DNA of 64,000 bases, from IMG/VR virus record IMGVR_UViG_3300031134_000596. The stretch is one strand, 5' to 3'. Below are positions 38,898 through 47,670 of the stretch, piece after piece. The first letter of the stretch is position 1. The number at the start of each line of letters is the position of its first letter. Below the pieces are notes generated by a model. It searched no databases. It worked only from the letters and a program-made list of their open reading frames with translations, and was not told the origin of the DNA. This DNA comes from an uncultured virus (IMG/VR IMGVR_UViG_3300031134_000596) (taxonomy: Duplodnaviria > Heunggongvirae > Uroviricota > Caudoviricetes). Both the position numbers and the translations under genes were made by a program.

Positions 38898-40346
38898 ATG
38901 ACTCAAGTGAATCGTAGACGCAACTCAAAATCAGTAAGAACTACTCATCCTCTTCTGGTGCAAGAATGGCATAAATCTAAAAATAGTTTGACACCAGATG
39001 ACATCGCTGCAGGTGGCAAGCATATTATCTGGTGGAGCGGCACCTGCAGCCATGAATGGGAAGCCAGCATAAGGGATAGGGCAATTAAAGAATTCGGCTG
39101 TCCTTTTTGCTCTAACCAGAGGCTTCTACCTGGATACAATGACTTTGCTACTACTCATCCACAAGTTGCTCAAGAATGGCATCCAGTCAACAATACAACT
39201 ACACCTCAAGAAGTTTTTGCTGGTACCGAGAAGAAAGCTTGGTGGTTTCGAAAAGAGTGTGGTCATGAATGGGAAGCTTCTATCCGAAGACGAGCTGCCG
39301 GTTCTGGTTGCAATGTATGTCTCAACAGGCAACTTGTGCGAGGCGTAAATGATTTACAAACTGCAGAACCAAAAATTGCAGAACAGTGGAGTTCACAAAA
39401 TGAACTTTTACCAAGTCAAGTCACAAGAGGTCATAGCAAATTTGTGTTATGGGAATGTGACCAGGGGCATAGCTGGAAAGCGACACCTTACGAGAGAGTC
39501 AAAAGACAAACAGGATGTCCCACCTGTGAAGGGTATCAGTTATTAACTGGTTACAATGACTTAGCCACAAATAATCCAGAGCTTGCCCAGCAGTGGCATC
39601 CGACTAAAAATAAGTTAGCTCCTACTGAAGTAGGTCCAGGCTCTCATCTAAACGCGTTCTGGATTTGCTCATATGGTCATGAATGGCGTACAGCTGTTGT
39701 TCATAGAGCTTATTCAGGTACAAATTGCCCAGTGTGTACAAACCGTATAATTGTAAAAGGTTTTAATGATTTGTCATCCCAAAAGCCTAATCTAGCTAAA
39801 GAATGGCACCCCACAAAAAATGACAAGAATCCTGATGAAGTGGGAATTGGCTTTATCTACAAAGCTTGGTGGAAATGCTCTCAAGGGCACGAATGGGAAG
39901 CTTCTGTTTGTAACAGGTCAAAAGGTCAAGGATGTTCTTCTTGCCAAGTCAGTTCAACCTCAAAAGTGGAACAAGCTTTTCGTTCCTATTTTGACACTTA
40001 CCTGAAGCTTGATCGTACAGACCATCTTGCTCGAATTCCATTACCTGGGTATAGTCGCAATGTCCAGATAGACATACTTGCTATTACAACGAAAACCAAA
40101 GTCATTATAGAATACGATGGAGCTTACTACCACAAAGACAAGACTGCTCTAGACCTGCAGAAAACAAAAGATTTTCTTGCTGCAGGCTATGTAGTAATTC
40201 GTATCAGAGAAAAAGGTATAGACCAACTTCAATTTGACGACCCTTTGTTCTATCAGATTTCCTATCGATGGTCTTTGGATCAGGATAAAATCGCTGCAGC
40301 AGGACAACGTGTTATGAAATGGTTGAAAGATAATGAGTTGCTCTGA
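38898..40346 (+). CDS. zinc-ribbon repeat (DUF4379-like) protein with C-terminal Vsr/PD-(D/E)xK nuclease
   Basis: five W.C..GHEW...CPxC repeats; IDIL..IIEYDGAYYH..D..K..GYVVIRIRE. Confidence 0.8.
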   Translation: MTQVNRRRNSKSVRTTHPLLVQEWHKSKNSLTPDDIAAGGKHIIWWSGTCSHEWEASIRDRAIKEFGCPFCSNQRLLPGYNDFATTHPQVAQEWHPVNNTTTPQEVFAGTEKKAWWFRKECGHEWEASIRRRAAGSGCNVCLNRQLVRGVNDLQTAEPKIAEQWSSQNELLPSQVTRGHSKFVLWECDQGHSWKATPYERVKRQTGCPTCEGYQLLTGYNDLATNNPELAQQWHPTKNKLAPTEVGPGSHLNAFWICSYGHEWRTAVVHRAYSGTNCPVCTNRIIVKGFNDLSSQKPNLAKEWHPTKNDKNPDEVGIGFIYKAWWKCSQGHEWEASVCNRSKGQGCSSCQVSSTSKVEQAFRSYFDTYLKLDRTDHLARIPLPGYSRNVQIDILAITTKTKVIIEYDGAYYHKDKTALDLQKTKDFLAAGYVVIRIREKGIDQLQFDDPLFYQISYRWSLDQDKIAAAGQRVMKWLKDNELL

Positions 40347-40396
40347 TTGAAAGCTTGTGCTATAGTCGCAAATGACCTAAAAACTTAGAGAAAGGA

Positions 40397-41044
40397 ATGG
40401 TCATGAGTCTGAAAAAATTTCCCAGAACGGGCCATTTGCCTTCTTCTCGGAGTAAATCCAGTGATGACAAGACCGTTACCCCTGAAACTTTGGCGTACCT
40501 CAACTCAGGCATTGAACTTTGCACCACTGAAAAGCTCGACGGTTCAAATTATAATATGACCTGCGAGCGAGCATACGCACGCAGTATTGATGGAACTAAC
40601 CATCCTTGGGATGCTTACGCTCGTCGAATTTGGTCACGGGTGCGTTGGGACCTGCCTGAAAACATTCGTTTATCTGGTGAGTCTCTTCAGGGTCGCCGTT
40701 CTGTAAGCTATGACAACTTGGCTTCACCTTTCATGCTTTTCGCTGTTTGGGAAGATGACCGTCTCCTCAGCTGGGACGAAATGACTGAATGGGCCGAGCT
40801 GCTCGAACTTAAAACCGTACCCCTGCTTTATAGAGGAACGAGCTTCAAAGAAGCTACCACTGTCTGGGAAACTGCTCATAATGAAGAATCTTCTGAAGGT
40901 TTCGTAGTTCGTGATGCTGGGAGCTTTGCCTATGATGAATACGGTACTCACGTTGCAAAGTGGGTCCGAGAAAATCATGTTAGAACTGATGATTCATTTA
41001 GACGACGTGATGATTTTAGTGAAAATCAATTTAGTAATCTATAA
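40397..41044 (+). CDS. RNA ligase family protein
   Basis: KFPRTGHL, TEKLDGSN, LSGE, EGFVVR, AKWVR nucleotidyltransferase motifs. Confidence 0.85.
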   Translation: MVMSLKKFPRTGHLPSSRSKSSDDKTVTPETLAYLNSGIELCTTEKLDGSNYNMTCERAYARSIDGTNHPWDAYARRIWSRVRWDLPENIRLSGESLQGRRSVSYDNLASPFMLFAVWEDDRLLSWDEMTEWAELLELKTVPLLYRGTSFKEATTVWETAHNEESSEGFVVRDAGSFAYDEYGTHVAKWVRENHVRTDDSFRRRDDFSENQFSNL

Positions 41045-41049
41045 TAAAA

Positions 41050-42624
41050 TCAAGTCACGTCTAACATTTGAGTTACTCTCAGTGTTAGGTACAAAACAGC
41101 AAAATATTCTTGAGATGAATACTCTCGTGTCTCGAATCCATGAAATAAATTATTACGGATATTCATACCCCAACCGCATAAAGTTCTAAAATATAACGAT
41201 TGGAGGTATTTATGCTTTTTTGCTATAGTAATGTCTTCTTGTTTTTCTGTTTTGGAGAGTACCACTCTATTAGAAGGCATATTGGATATTAAAGTGCCTA
41301 AAGTTAAATATTTCTGAACACTACCTTTATTTGGTTTTTCTAAAATGGCATATTCCCCTTTATCGTTTTTGACTCCAATCCTAATTAGAGGTTCGATTTG
41401 AGCAGTAAGAATATAGCATGCTGCTTCTGTTTCTCCCTTCAAAAAAAGTTCGAACGATTTTTTTATTCTTTGCTTTACTTCTTCATTGGATATCGATAAA
41501 TCATCCACGTAAGCATTGAAATTATACTCAAAATCAGGATATCGAGCTATCAAATACTCGATTTCTCTACCAATTTTTTCGTAAAAATGACCATAAAGAA
41601 TATTCAAATAAGTATCCCGAAGCTGAGCTTTTTGAGCTTTTTTAGTTGCAGCAACATTGATAATCATACCGTTGCTATCTTCTACTATCCAGGCACTATG
41701 AGGAGCTGCTATCTTTTCAATTTGCGTAGCTACTGCTTTCACAACTTTATCTATCTCAGGACCGTTTTCATCGATTGCAGGGACTGAAAAATTATATAAA
41801 AGTGTAAAAATATTGTGTAACTTGTTCCGATTTTTAACTTTCCTTTTTATTGTTTCACTAAGTCTGAGATATTCTTTATCATTTTCCCATTTGTCTTCTA
41901 CTAAAATTTTTTCATTATCGTATAGAGAGCGAATTTCCTTATTGTAGTACAAAGGGTATATACCTAAAGAGTTTGTTATAGAGCGAAAAAATAAAGGCTT
42001 GCAACAGGTTTCGTAAGGTTTTTTTAAGGATGACAAACATGGACAAAGTTTTTCATTTGAGTAAGAAGCAATGTGGTTATAAATAGCTTCTCCTGTAAGT
42101 ACGTTCTTTTCTCTAAAACTCGTAACGAACCTTCCATTTACAGTCATTGTATAGGGAGCTGGACCAAGTTCAATTATTTCCTCTGTAGATTTTTCAGTTA
42201 AAATCAAGGTAAACACCCATCTGTTCACATACAGACGAGCTTCAGTTTTTGAAAACTGTTCTACTAATAACTGCGGTTGTGGAACAGTCCAATTCATCTG
42301 TTCTAAGTATTTTTCGTTAAATAAAAAAGACTTTTCTACCTTACTTAACCTCAGGCTACTCTTATCATACTTAAATAAATCTTCAGTGATAAGAAAATTG
42401 ATTCTTTGTTTGAAAGTAGGGTTTAGAGAATTTTGACCTATTTTATGGAACATAATAATGAGGTCTCTAAACCAGTTTGCCTGTACTCCCTGCATTAGAA
42501 TTTGACCAGGATAAGAACCACTATACGATTCTGGATTTGGGGATTGAGTAATTTCTTTACTAGTCAAATTCCAAATATAGTTAGAAAATAGATTAGCTTC
42601 AGAAATTTCAAAGTTTTTTGGCAT
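41050..42624 (-). CDS. DUF4209-like/HEPN protein with SEC-C motif
   Basis: CPCLSSLKKPYETCC SEC-C-like; QIEPLIR; GMNIRNNLFHG (RxxxxH); AT-rich. Confidence 0.65.
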   Translation of the reverse strand: MPKNFEISEANLFSNYIWNLTSKEITQSPNPESYSGSYPGQILMQGVQANWFRDLIIMFHKIGQNSLNPTFKQRINFLITEDLFKYDKSSLRLSKVEKSFLFNEKYLEQMNWTVPQPQLLVEQFSKTEARLYVNRWVFTLILTEKSTEEIIELGPAPYTMTVNGRFVTSFREKNVLTGEAIYNHIASYSNEKLCPCLSSLKKPYETCCKPLFFRSITNSLGIYPLYYNKEIRSLYDNEKILVEDKWENDKEYLRLSETIKRKVKNRNKLHNIFTLLYNFSVPAIDENGPEIDKVVKAVATQIEKIAAPHSAWIVEDSNGMIINVAATKKAQKAQLRDTYLNILYGHFYEKIGREIEYLIARYPDFEYNFNAYVDDLSISNEEVKQRIKKSFELFLKGETEAACYILTAQIEPLIRIGVKNDKGEYAILEKPNKGSVQKYLTLGTLISNMPSNRVVLSKTEKQEDITIAKKHKYLQSLYFRTLCGWGMNIRNNLFHGFETREYSSQEYFAVLYLTLRVTQMLDVT

Positions 42625-42645
42625 AGTATACCTATCTGCTTAACT

Positions 42646-43197
42646 TCACAGATCATAAGCAACAAGCTTGCCTGTTCTGTCATAACCAACTTGAGCACTG
42701 TCCACATAGCCTACTCAGTCAGGAAGTTCAGAGTACTTCGCTGAAGTTGGTCGAACTTTCTCCATGACAAGAACATCTACTCCGTCAATTTTGTCCCAAC
42801 TGTTAGTTGCAACTGGAATAAAAGGGTCCTCTTCTTGACCTGCACGGTATTCGTAACCGTTTGCAAGTTCACCTTCGTCAGTGAAAGGGACTTTGAGTAC
42901 GTTACCGTCTTTCATGTCAAACACTGCACGGGTCCGACCAATTTTTGGTGTCCCGTATGTGTCAACCATCTTCTTCATCAGGGCACGAACTTTTGTGGTG
43001 TAGTCTCCCCAATCACATCTGCTGAGGTTGTCTTCAATGTATGCTAAGCGAAGTTCACGAGTCTTCTGCTTCTGCTCCTGTTCTTCCCGTACCCGCAAAT
43101 ATTTGTCAGCGTCAGAAGTAACAGTGTTTGAAGATGGTGTTCCATGAGTGCGGCAGCGAGCAGGTTCTTTGGCCCGGCATCTCACTTTGGTTGTCAT
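42646..43197 (-). pseudogene. Cys-tag protein with minimal kinase-like domain, interrupted by in-frame TGA
   Basis: RCRAKEPARCRTHG; IGRTRAVF..VLKVP..VMEKV; TGA at 42715-42717 then VGYVDSAQVGYDRTGKLVAYDL to TGA 42646-42648. Confidence 0.6.
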
Positions 43198-43206
43198 GTG
43201 CTATTA

Positions 43207-43638
43207 CTAACGGTTTTGCTCAGCCCAGGTCGAAAGGGTCCCTTCGCAGACTGCCACAGCATGGTCGCCGCTGGCTGTGTTGTGGATGATGATGTCTTGG
43301 TAGCTGATTTGACATTCAGCTTCACCGTTAGTGGATAGTGATTCGACTGTCATTTTCACTTTGCCGCCGTAAGTACCGCCAGTTGTTTTGGTCCATGGAA
43401 CCAGAGTGTCTGTTCCCGGTTCACCTATCTGGTCTGTTGAGGTTGGAGCAATAGTCACTTTAACATCATCAGCACCGTCACCTGTTGTTCCGTCAGCTCG
43501 GTAGATTAGACCTTGGACTGTTTCGCTATTCTGGTAAATCTCTTGACCTGGTTTGGATTCCCCTGCACAGCCGGCTAAGAAAACTGTGGCCATCAATGGA
43601 ATTGACACAATCATTGTGCGTTTAAAAAAGTTCTGCAT
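43207..43638 (-). CDS. lipoprotein, MmpS-like C-terminal domain
   Basis: LAGC lipobox; PW..T...ECQI.......VAVC. Confidence 0.65.
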   Translation of the reverse strand: MQNFFKRTMIVSIPLMATVFLAGCAGESKPGQEIYQNSETVQGLIYRADGTTGDGADDVKVTIAPTSTDQIGEPGTDTLVPWTKTTGGTYGGKVKMTVESLSTNGEAECQISYQDIIIHNTASGDHAVAVCEGTLSTWAEQNR

Positions 43639-43684
43639 GGTTACCAGTTTATCGGTAATCATGCAGAACTCCAGTTTTTACTGT

Positions 43685-44149
43685 TTAGCGGTTTTCTTGC
43701 TCCGCAAGTACAGCTACGTCGTTACGGAAGAGGACCACACGGTCATGACTGATGTGAATCATGTCGCCTTCTTCAAGAGTTGGCTGAATTGAACGGTAGA
43801 GGAACTCGAACATGAGTGTGATGCCCAGGTTATCAACATCGATTTTACGTTTTTCAACTACAGTGTTGTAAGCAATCTGCACGTCTTTGATGAAGTCAAT
43901 TGCTTCTTGACCGTCGTACTGGAGCTCATAATAGTCTGGCTGGTATGCACGATCACTTGGGTCGTGGAAGAGGATGCCGCGAGGTTCAGGACCTTCTACG
44001 TTTTCGTCAACTACCATGTTGTTGAGCAGCTTTACACTGGTGCGTAAGTCACGGAAACGTTTGGCTTTCATGACTTCCCCTTGCTCAATTTCTTCTTCCG
44101 CTTTGACGCGGGCAAGGTAGATTTCACGCTCTTCTGAGGACTTCCACAT
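43685..44149 (-). CDS. hypothetical protein
   Basis: 154-aa ORF. Confidence 0.7.
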   Translation of the reverse strand: MWKSSEEREIYLARVKAEEEIEQGEVMKAKRFRDLRTSVKLLNNMVVDENVEGPEPRGILFHDPSDRAYQPDYYELQYDGQEAIDFIKDVQIAYNTVVEKRKIDVDNLGITLMFEFLYRSIQPTLEEGDMIHISHDRVVLFRNDVAVLAEQENR

Positions 44150-44343
44150 GGGGGGTTCACTTTCATATAGTTAGATACTGTAACAATCGGCGGTTACCAC
44201 CTAATTAGTGCATCTAATGCAGATGATTCACAGTAAAGTTCGGGTTGTGTCATATCGCTAACAAGACAAAATACTGTGAGTGGTTTTCATGTGCAAGATA
44301 TGGTAGGATTGTGTCACTTATACAGAAAGATGTGGAACTGCTC

Positions 44344-44550
44344 ATGGCGGACGCTGCGGAAAGAATTGAACCCACTGTGTCAGATGACACAAATTCTGGT
44401 AACCCTGTTGTTGCCGCTATTCAGCAAGTCAAGGAAGACATTGCTAATGGGCGTGTTGCACAGATAGAAATCAATCAGAACTCAACTCGTCCGATTGACG
44501 AGTTGGATAAAGATTTCATGCAGTACGCTGCTGACAGATGGGATGACTAA
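44344..44550 (+). CDS. small hypothetical protein ending YAADRWDD
   Basis: GGA SD; C-term matches 45404..45565. Confidence 0.6.
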   Translation: MADAAERIEPTVSDDTNSGNPVVAAIQQVKEDIANGRVAQIEINQNSTRPIDELDKDFMQYAADRWDD

Positions 44551-44711
44551 TGTCTGGAAAACACAACGCTAAAGATGCTGTTGAAGCTGAGAAGACTGAG
44601 AAAGTCACTTCTTTGCGTACTTGGAAGGAAACGAAAGACACGTTCCAGAAAGTATGCGATGTCAGCAGTTCTGAAAGCCAAGCTGGAGCAAGACCGGAGG
44701 ATGATGTCTGA
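44550..44711 (+). CDS. small hypothetical protein (53 aa, not in ORF track)
   Basis: TAATG overlap with previous gene; MSGKHNAKDAVEAEK...EDDV. Confidence 0.5.
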   Translation: MSGKHNAKDAVEAEKTEKVTSLRTWKETKDTFQKVCDVSSSESQAGARPEDDV

Positions 44712-44970
44712 GTTCTGGAAGCCTCATTACGGGGCAGCTCGTAAAGTTGCTTGGCGGCGAGTGAAGCAACTGTTCATTTGTGTAGTCGCCATGGTCGTTA
44801 GCTTGAACGTCTTACAGGATGCACCCAAGTTTATTCTGGGAGCTGTCCTTTTGGTTGGTCTTGGCGTTGTTGCTGTATTCTTTACCAGGTACCTTATGGC
44901 TGAAGCTGACGCGTTTCAAGCTGCCATTTTAGATGAAGAGAAGAGTGTTACTGATGACCACAAGCATTGA
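44701..44970 (+). CDS. small membrane protein
   Basis: GGAGG SD before MMSEFWK; two TM segments. Confidence 0.6.
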   Translation: MMSEFWKPHYGAARKVAWRRVKQLFICVVAMVVSLNVLQDAPKFILGAVLLVGLGVVAVFFTRYLMAEADAFQAAILDEEKSVTDDHKH

Positions 44971-45160
44971 CCGTTTCAATGAAGACCAGCTGGTCCATTT
45001 TGTTGCCACATACCGCTGGTCTGGGTCAGCTTCTGACATGGACCTTCTGTATCAGGTAATGGATAGTGGCAACTTCAGCCATGAAGTTGATGAGCAGCTG
45101 ACTGGGGCTTATCCTACATGGCGTCGTGATGTAGTTGCTTACGGGAAAGAGAACTCCTAA
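44954..45160 (+). CDS. hypothetical protein
   Basis: overlapping operon arrangement. Confidence 0.55.
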   Translation: MTTSIDRFNEDQLVHFVATYRWSGSASDMDLLYQVMDSGNFSHEVDEQLTGAYPTWRRDVVAYGKENS

Positions 45161-45189
45161 CCCTGGGTAGGGTCCAAGGGCGGAATGAT

Positions 45190-45396
45190 ATGATGCTTAT
45201 GATGTGGATTGCAGTTGCTGTCAGTGCTGTTGCCTTGATTGGTTGTGTTTTTCTTTTGCTAACTGAAGCAACCCCGAAGAAAGTGGCAAAGTCACAACGG
45301 AAGGCGTTGAACTCTTCCCTTGCGTTAGAAAAAGCTCTTGAAAGGATTCATGGTACTCTGGGAGAAGAATCTCCGCAGAAGAACCAGAAGATGTAA
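45190..45396 (+). CDS. small membrane protein
   Basis: N-term TM. Confidence 0.55.
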   Translation: MMLMMWIAVAVSAVALIGCVFLLLTEATPKKVAKSQRKALNSSLALEKALERIHGTLGEESPQKNQKM

Positions 45397-45403
45397 ACAA
45401 GAC

Positions 45404-45565
45404 ATGGATTACCAAAAAAGAGCGACTCCTATTTTTGATGCCTTGCATAGGGACTATCAGAATGAGAATCCGCATCACACAATTGTCACGAGTGGTAATT
45501 TTCACCCAGTTGATGACAATGAAGAAGAATTTTTCAAATACCAAGCAGAACGATGGGATGATTAG
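45404..45565 (+). CDS. small hypothetical protein ending YQAERWDD
   Basis: C-term matches 44344..44550. Confidence 0.55.
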   Translation: MDYQKRATPIFDALHRDYQNENPHHTIVTSGNFHPVDDNEEEFFKYQAERWDD

Positions 45566-45566
45566 C

Positions 45567-45818
45567 ATGACTAATTTTGACAAGAACGCAGCCAAGGGTT
45601 TCCTGAAAGCTGTAGTGAACGAAGCTAAAGTACAGAAGGAAAAGCTGCCTGAGTACACTCAGAAGGCTAAAGAAGTTGCTGCAGAACAGAAGGCAAACCT
45701 TCCTGGCAACATCGAGAAAGCTAAAGTTGTTGCGGCTCAGCAGAAGGCTAACATGCCTGAAAACATCGACAAGGCAAAAACTGTTGCTGGTCAGATCAAG
45801 CGTGGCTTGTTCAAGTAA
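45567..45818 (+). CDS. hydrophilic repeat protein
   Basis: three ~18-aa repeats (QKANLP.NIEKAK.VAA). Confidence 0.65.
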   Translation: MTNFDKNAAKGFLKAVVNEAKVQKEKLPEYTQKAKEVAAEQKANLPGNIEKAKVVAAQQKANMPENIDKAKTVAGQIKRGLFK

Positions 45819-45825
45819 AGCTGTA

Positions 45826-45881
45826 CAGAAATAGGGAAGCCCTCCAAACATTTGATAGTTTGGAGGGCTTCCCTATTTCTG
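45826..45881. terminator. bidirectional intrinsic terminator
   Basis: 24-bp perfect inverted repeat between convergent genes. Confidence 0.85.
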
Positions 45882-45884
45882 GGT

Positions 45885-47039
45885 TTAGCCTAATACGAAG
45901 CTAAATGTCTTTGTGTTTGTGTGGGCGGTAATGGTTGCACCTTTGAGGTGTTCCTGCATCTGGCTGTATGTCTTGTAAGGAGATTTAGCCTGGAAACCGA
46001 AGTAGTCCAAAGTGATTGACTTGATTGTCTTATCCTCGTTCAACACAATCTTCATACGGTCATTGTAGTTGACACTACTGTTGTAGTCAGTTGGCTTGAG
46101 GTCTGACCTGTCTCCTACCTGAGTGTACACAGTGCCATCAGTAGCAGTCATTGTGATACCTTTACCGTAACGGTCAAGGTAGAATTCTGACTCCCATTCA
46201 CCGGCTTCGTTCTTGAAGAACATTTCATTTGAAAGGTCAGTGAAACCAGAAACCTGTTCGGCTGAAGGGTTTTCAACTACAGCGTTCATTGTCCAGTAAA
46301 CCTCTTGACGGTTCTGAGCTTTGATTGCGTCAATCTCAGCTCGTGTACCGTAAGCACTACCGTTCATCTGGTTGAGTGGGTCCATGGAGAAAGTTGCATT
46401 AGTCACGGAACCTTCTGAAGCTCCGCCACCTACTGGGCCATAAGCGATGCTGTCATCAGGTTCAGCGGGCTGTCCACCACCGTCGTCGCCACCATCTCCA
46501 GGTGGAGCTGGTTCTGTCTTTGTAGGAGTTGCTCCGTATCGGGTGTCAACAGTGAAAATGTTCCCTGAAGCAGAAGTCACGTAAGCGATGTAGAACGGCT
46601 TATTTTCTTCATCTTTGCCAGCGTAGATGTAAACTTTGTCATCGCCAAACTCTTTCAAGTCAAGCAAAGAGCCAACATCTTTACCCTTCAAAGGTGATTC
46701 CAGGTTCACAACTTCACCATCACCTGTTTGACCTTGAACATCTGCTTTAGGGTCTGCAAGAGCGTCTTTGTTTGCATAAGAATCCTGGCCAGCTTCTGAA
46801 GCGAAACCACGATAAGTGTTCTCTGCTGTTGCAATTGAGTCAAGTTGCTGTTTCGCTGCGTTGTCTTGAGACCAAGGGATTACTGCGAAGACTGTTGCTG
46901 CGATTACTCCACCAATCAAGCCAATGACGATGATACCCACCATGATTGAGGCAAGGTCGATGGCACCGTTTTCGTTGACGAATACTTCACGAGACAACTT
47001 TCGTTGACGCATTTTGTTCGTGATGGCATTTTTAGGCAT
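45885..47039 (-). CDS. type IV pilin-like surface protein, paralog 1
   Basis: basic leader, NENG|AIDLASIMVGIIVIGLIGGVIAATVF, QDNAAKQQL. Confidence 0.7.
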   Translation of the reverse strand: MPKNAITNKMRQRKLSREVFVNENGAIDLASIMVGIIVIGLIGGVIAATVFAVIPWSQDNAAKQQLDSIATAENTYRGFASEAGQDSYANKDALADPKADVQGQTGDGEVVNLESPLKGKDVGSLLDLKEFGDDKVYIYAGKDEENKPFYIAYVTSASGNIFTVDTRYGATPTKTEPAPPGDGGDDGGGQPAEPDDSIAYGPVGGGASEGSVTNATFSMDPLNQMNGSAYGTRAEIDAIKAQNRQEVYWTMNAVVENPSAEQVSGFTDLSNEMFFKNEAGEWESEFYLDRYGKGITMTATDGTVYTQVGDRSDLKPTDYNSSVNYNDRMKIVLNEDKTIKSITLDYFGFQAKSPYKTYSQMQEHLKGATITAHTNTKTFSFVLG

Positions 47040-47128
47040 AAAGGTAGAGCTCTTTCTAAGACGTTAGCGGAAGTTTATACGATTATCGGTAGTTCACCTG
47101 CTAAGCCATAAGACTGTCTAACTATTTT

Positions 47129-47183
47129 TAAACACAAGACGGTGGCATCCTTGTCGATGAAGGATGCCACCGTCTTGTGTTTA
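47129..47183. terminator. intrinsic terminator
   Basis: 24-bp perfect inverted repeat. Confidence 0.8.
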
Positions 47184-47193
47184 TGACCAGGAG

Positions 47194-47607
47194 TTACTCG
47201 TCAAAATCTACCATGATGTCAAGATTCAGCGACTGAGCCAGCTCTCGAAGCGGAACCAGCGAATCTTCATCAGGCACAGGGCCGTCCTCCTGCGCCATCA
47301 CGATGATGGTGGTCTTCATTGAGGTTTCAGGAGAAAAGACTTCGAACTGCTTAATGCCCATCGTCGTGAGGTCAGCGAGAATAGCCAGTACAACCTCGAC
47401 TGAAGCTTCCTTATCTACACCAGGCTTGTTGGCCGTGACGTAACGTGTCGTCAGCTCACCCTGAGTACTCAGCGACGAACCAGCCAGAAAGTCGTTGGCG
47501 AAGCCTTCGTCGTAGAACCCAGCTTTTGCCGACCAACCATAGTTGCCGCTGCCAGCGTAACCATAAGTCACGACGATGCTGTTGAACCAGTAGCCTGAAC
47601 CAATCAT
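47194..47607 (-). CDS. hypothetical protein (higher GC than flanks)
   Basis: GGAG SD; FYDEGF..STQGELTTRY. Confidence 0.65.
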   Translation of the reverse strand: MIGSGYWFNSIVVTYGYAGSGNYGWSAKAGFYDEGFANDFLAGSSLSTQGELTTRYVTANKPGVDKEASVEVVLAILADLTTMGIKQFEVFSPETSMKTTIIVMAQEDGPVPDEDSLVPLRELAQSLNLDIMVDFDE

Positions 47608-47670
47608 TTTCTCTCCAAAGATAGGGCGGATGATGGGATTCAGTCTATGACATATTCCTCGGATTGTCAA

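Noticed and set aside
38898..40346. Group I intron around the zinc-ribbon nuclease
   Set aside because: The flanking genes are intact and not split, and intergenic gaps are too short for a ribozyme core.
42715..42717. Genome-wide TGA-to-Trp recoding
   Set aside because: Many well-defined genes here end in TGA (iscA, the PurA-like gene, NUDIX 25343) and Trp is normally TGG, so only this single case is seen.
1478..47183. Long perfect inverted repeats as MITEs or integron attC sites
   Set aside because: They differ in sequence, sit right after stop codons with A/T tails and lack target-site duplications or RYYYAAC/GTTRRRY cores, which fits intrinsic terminators.
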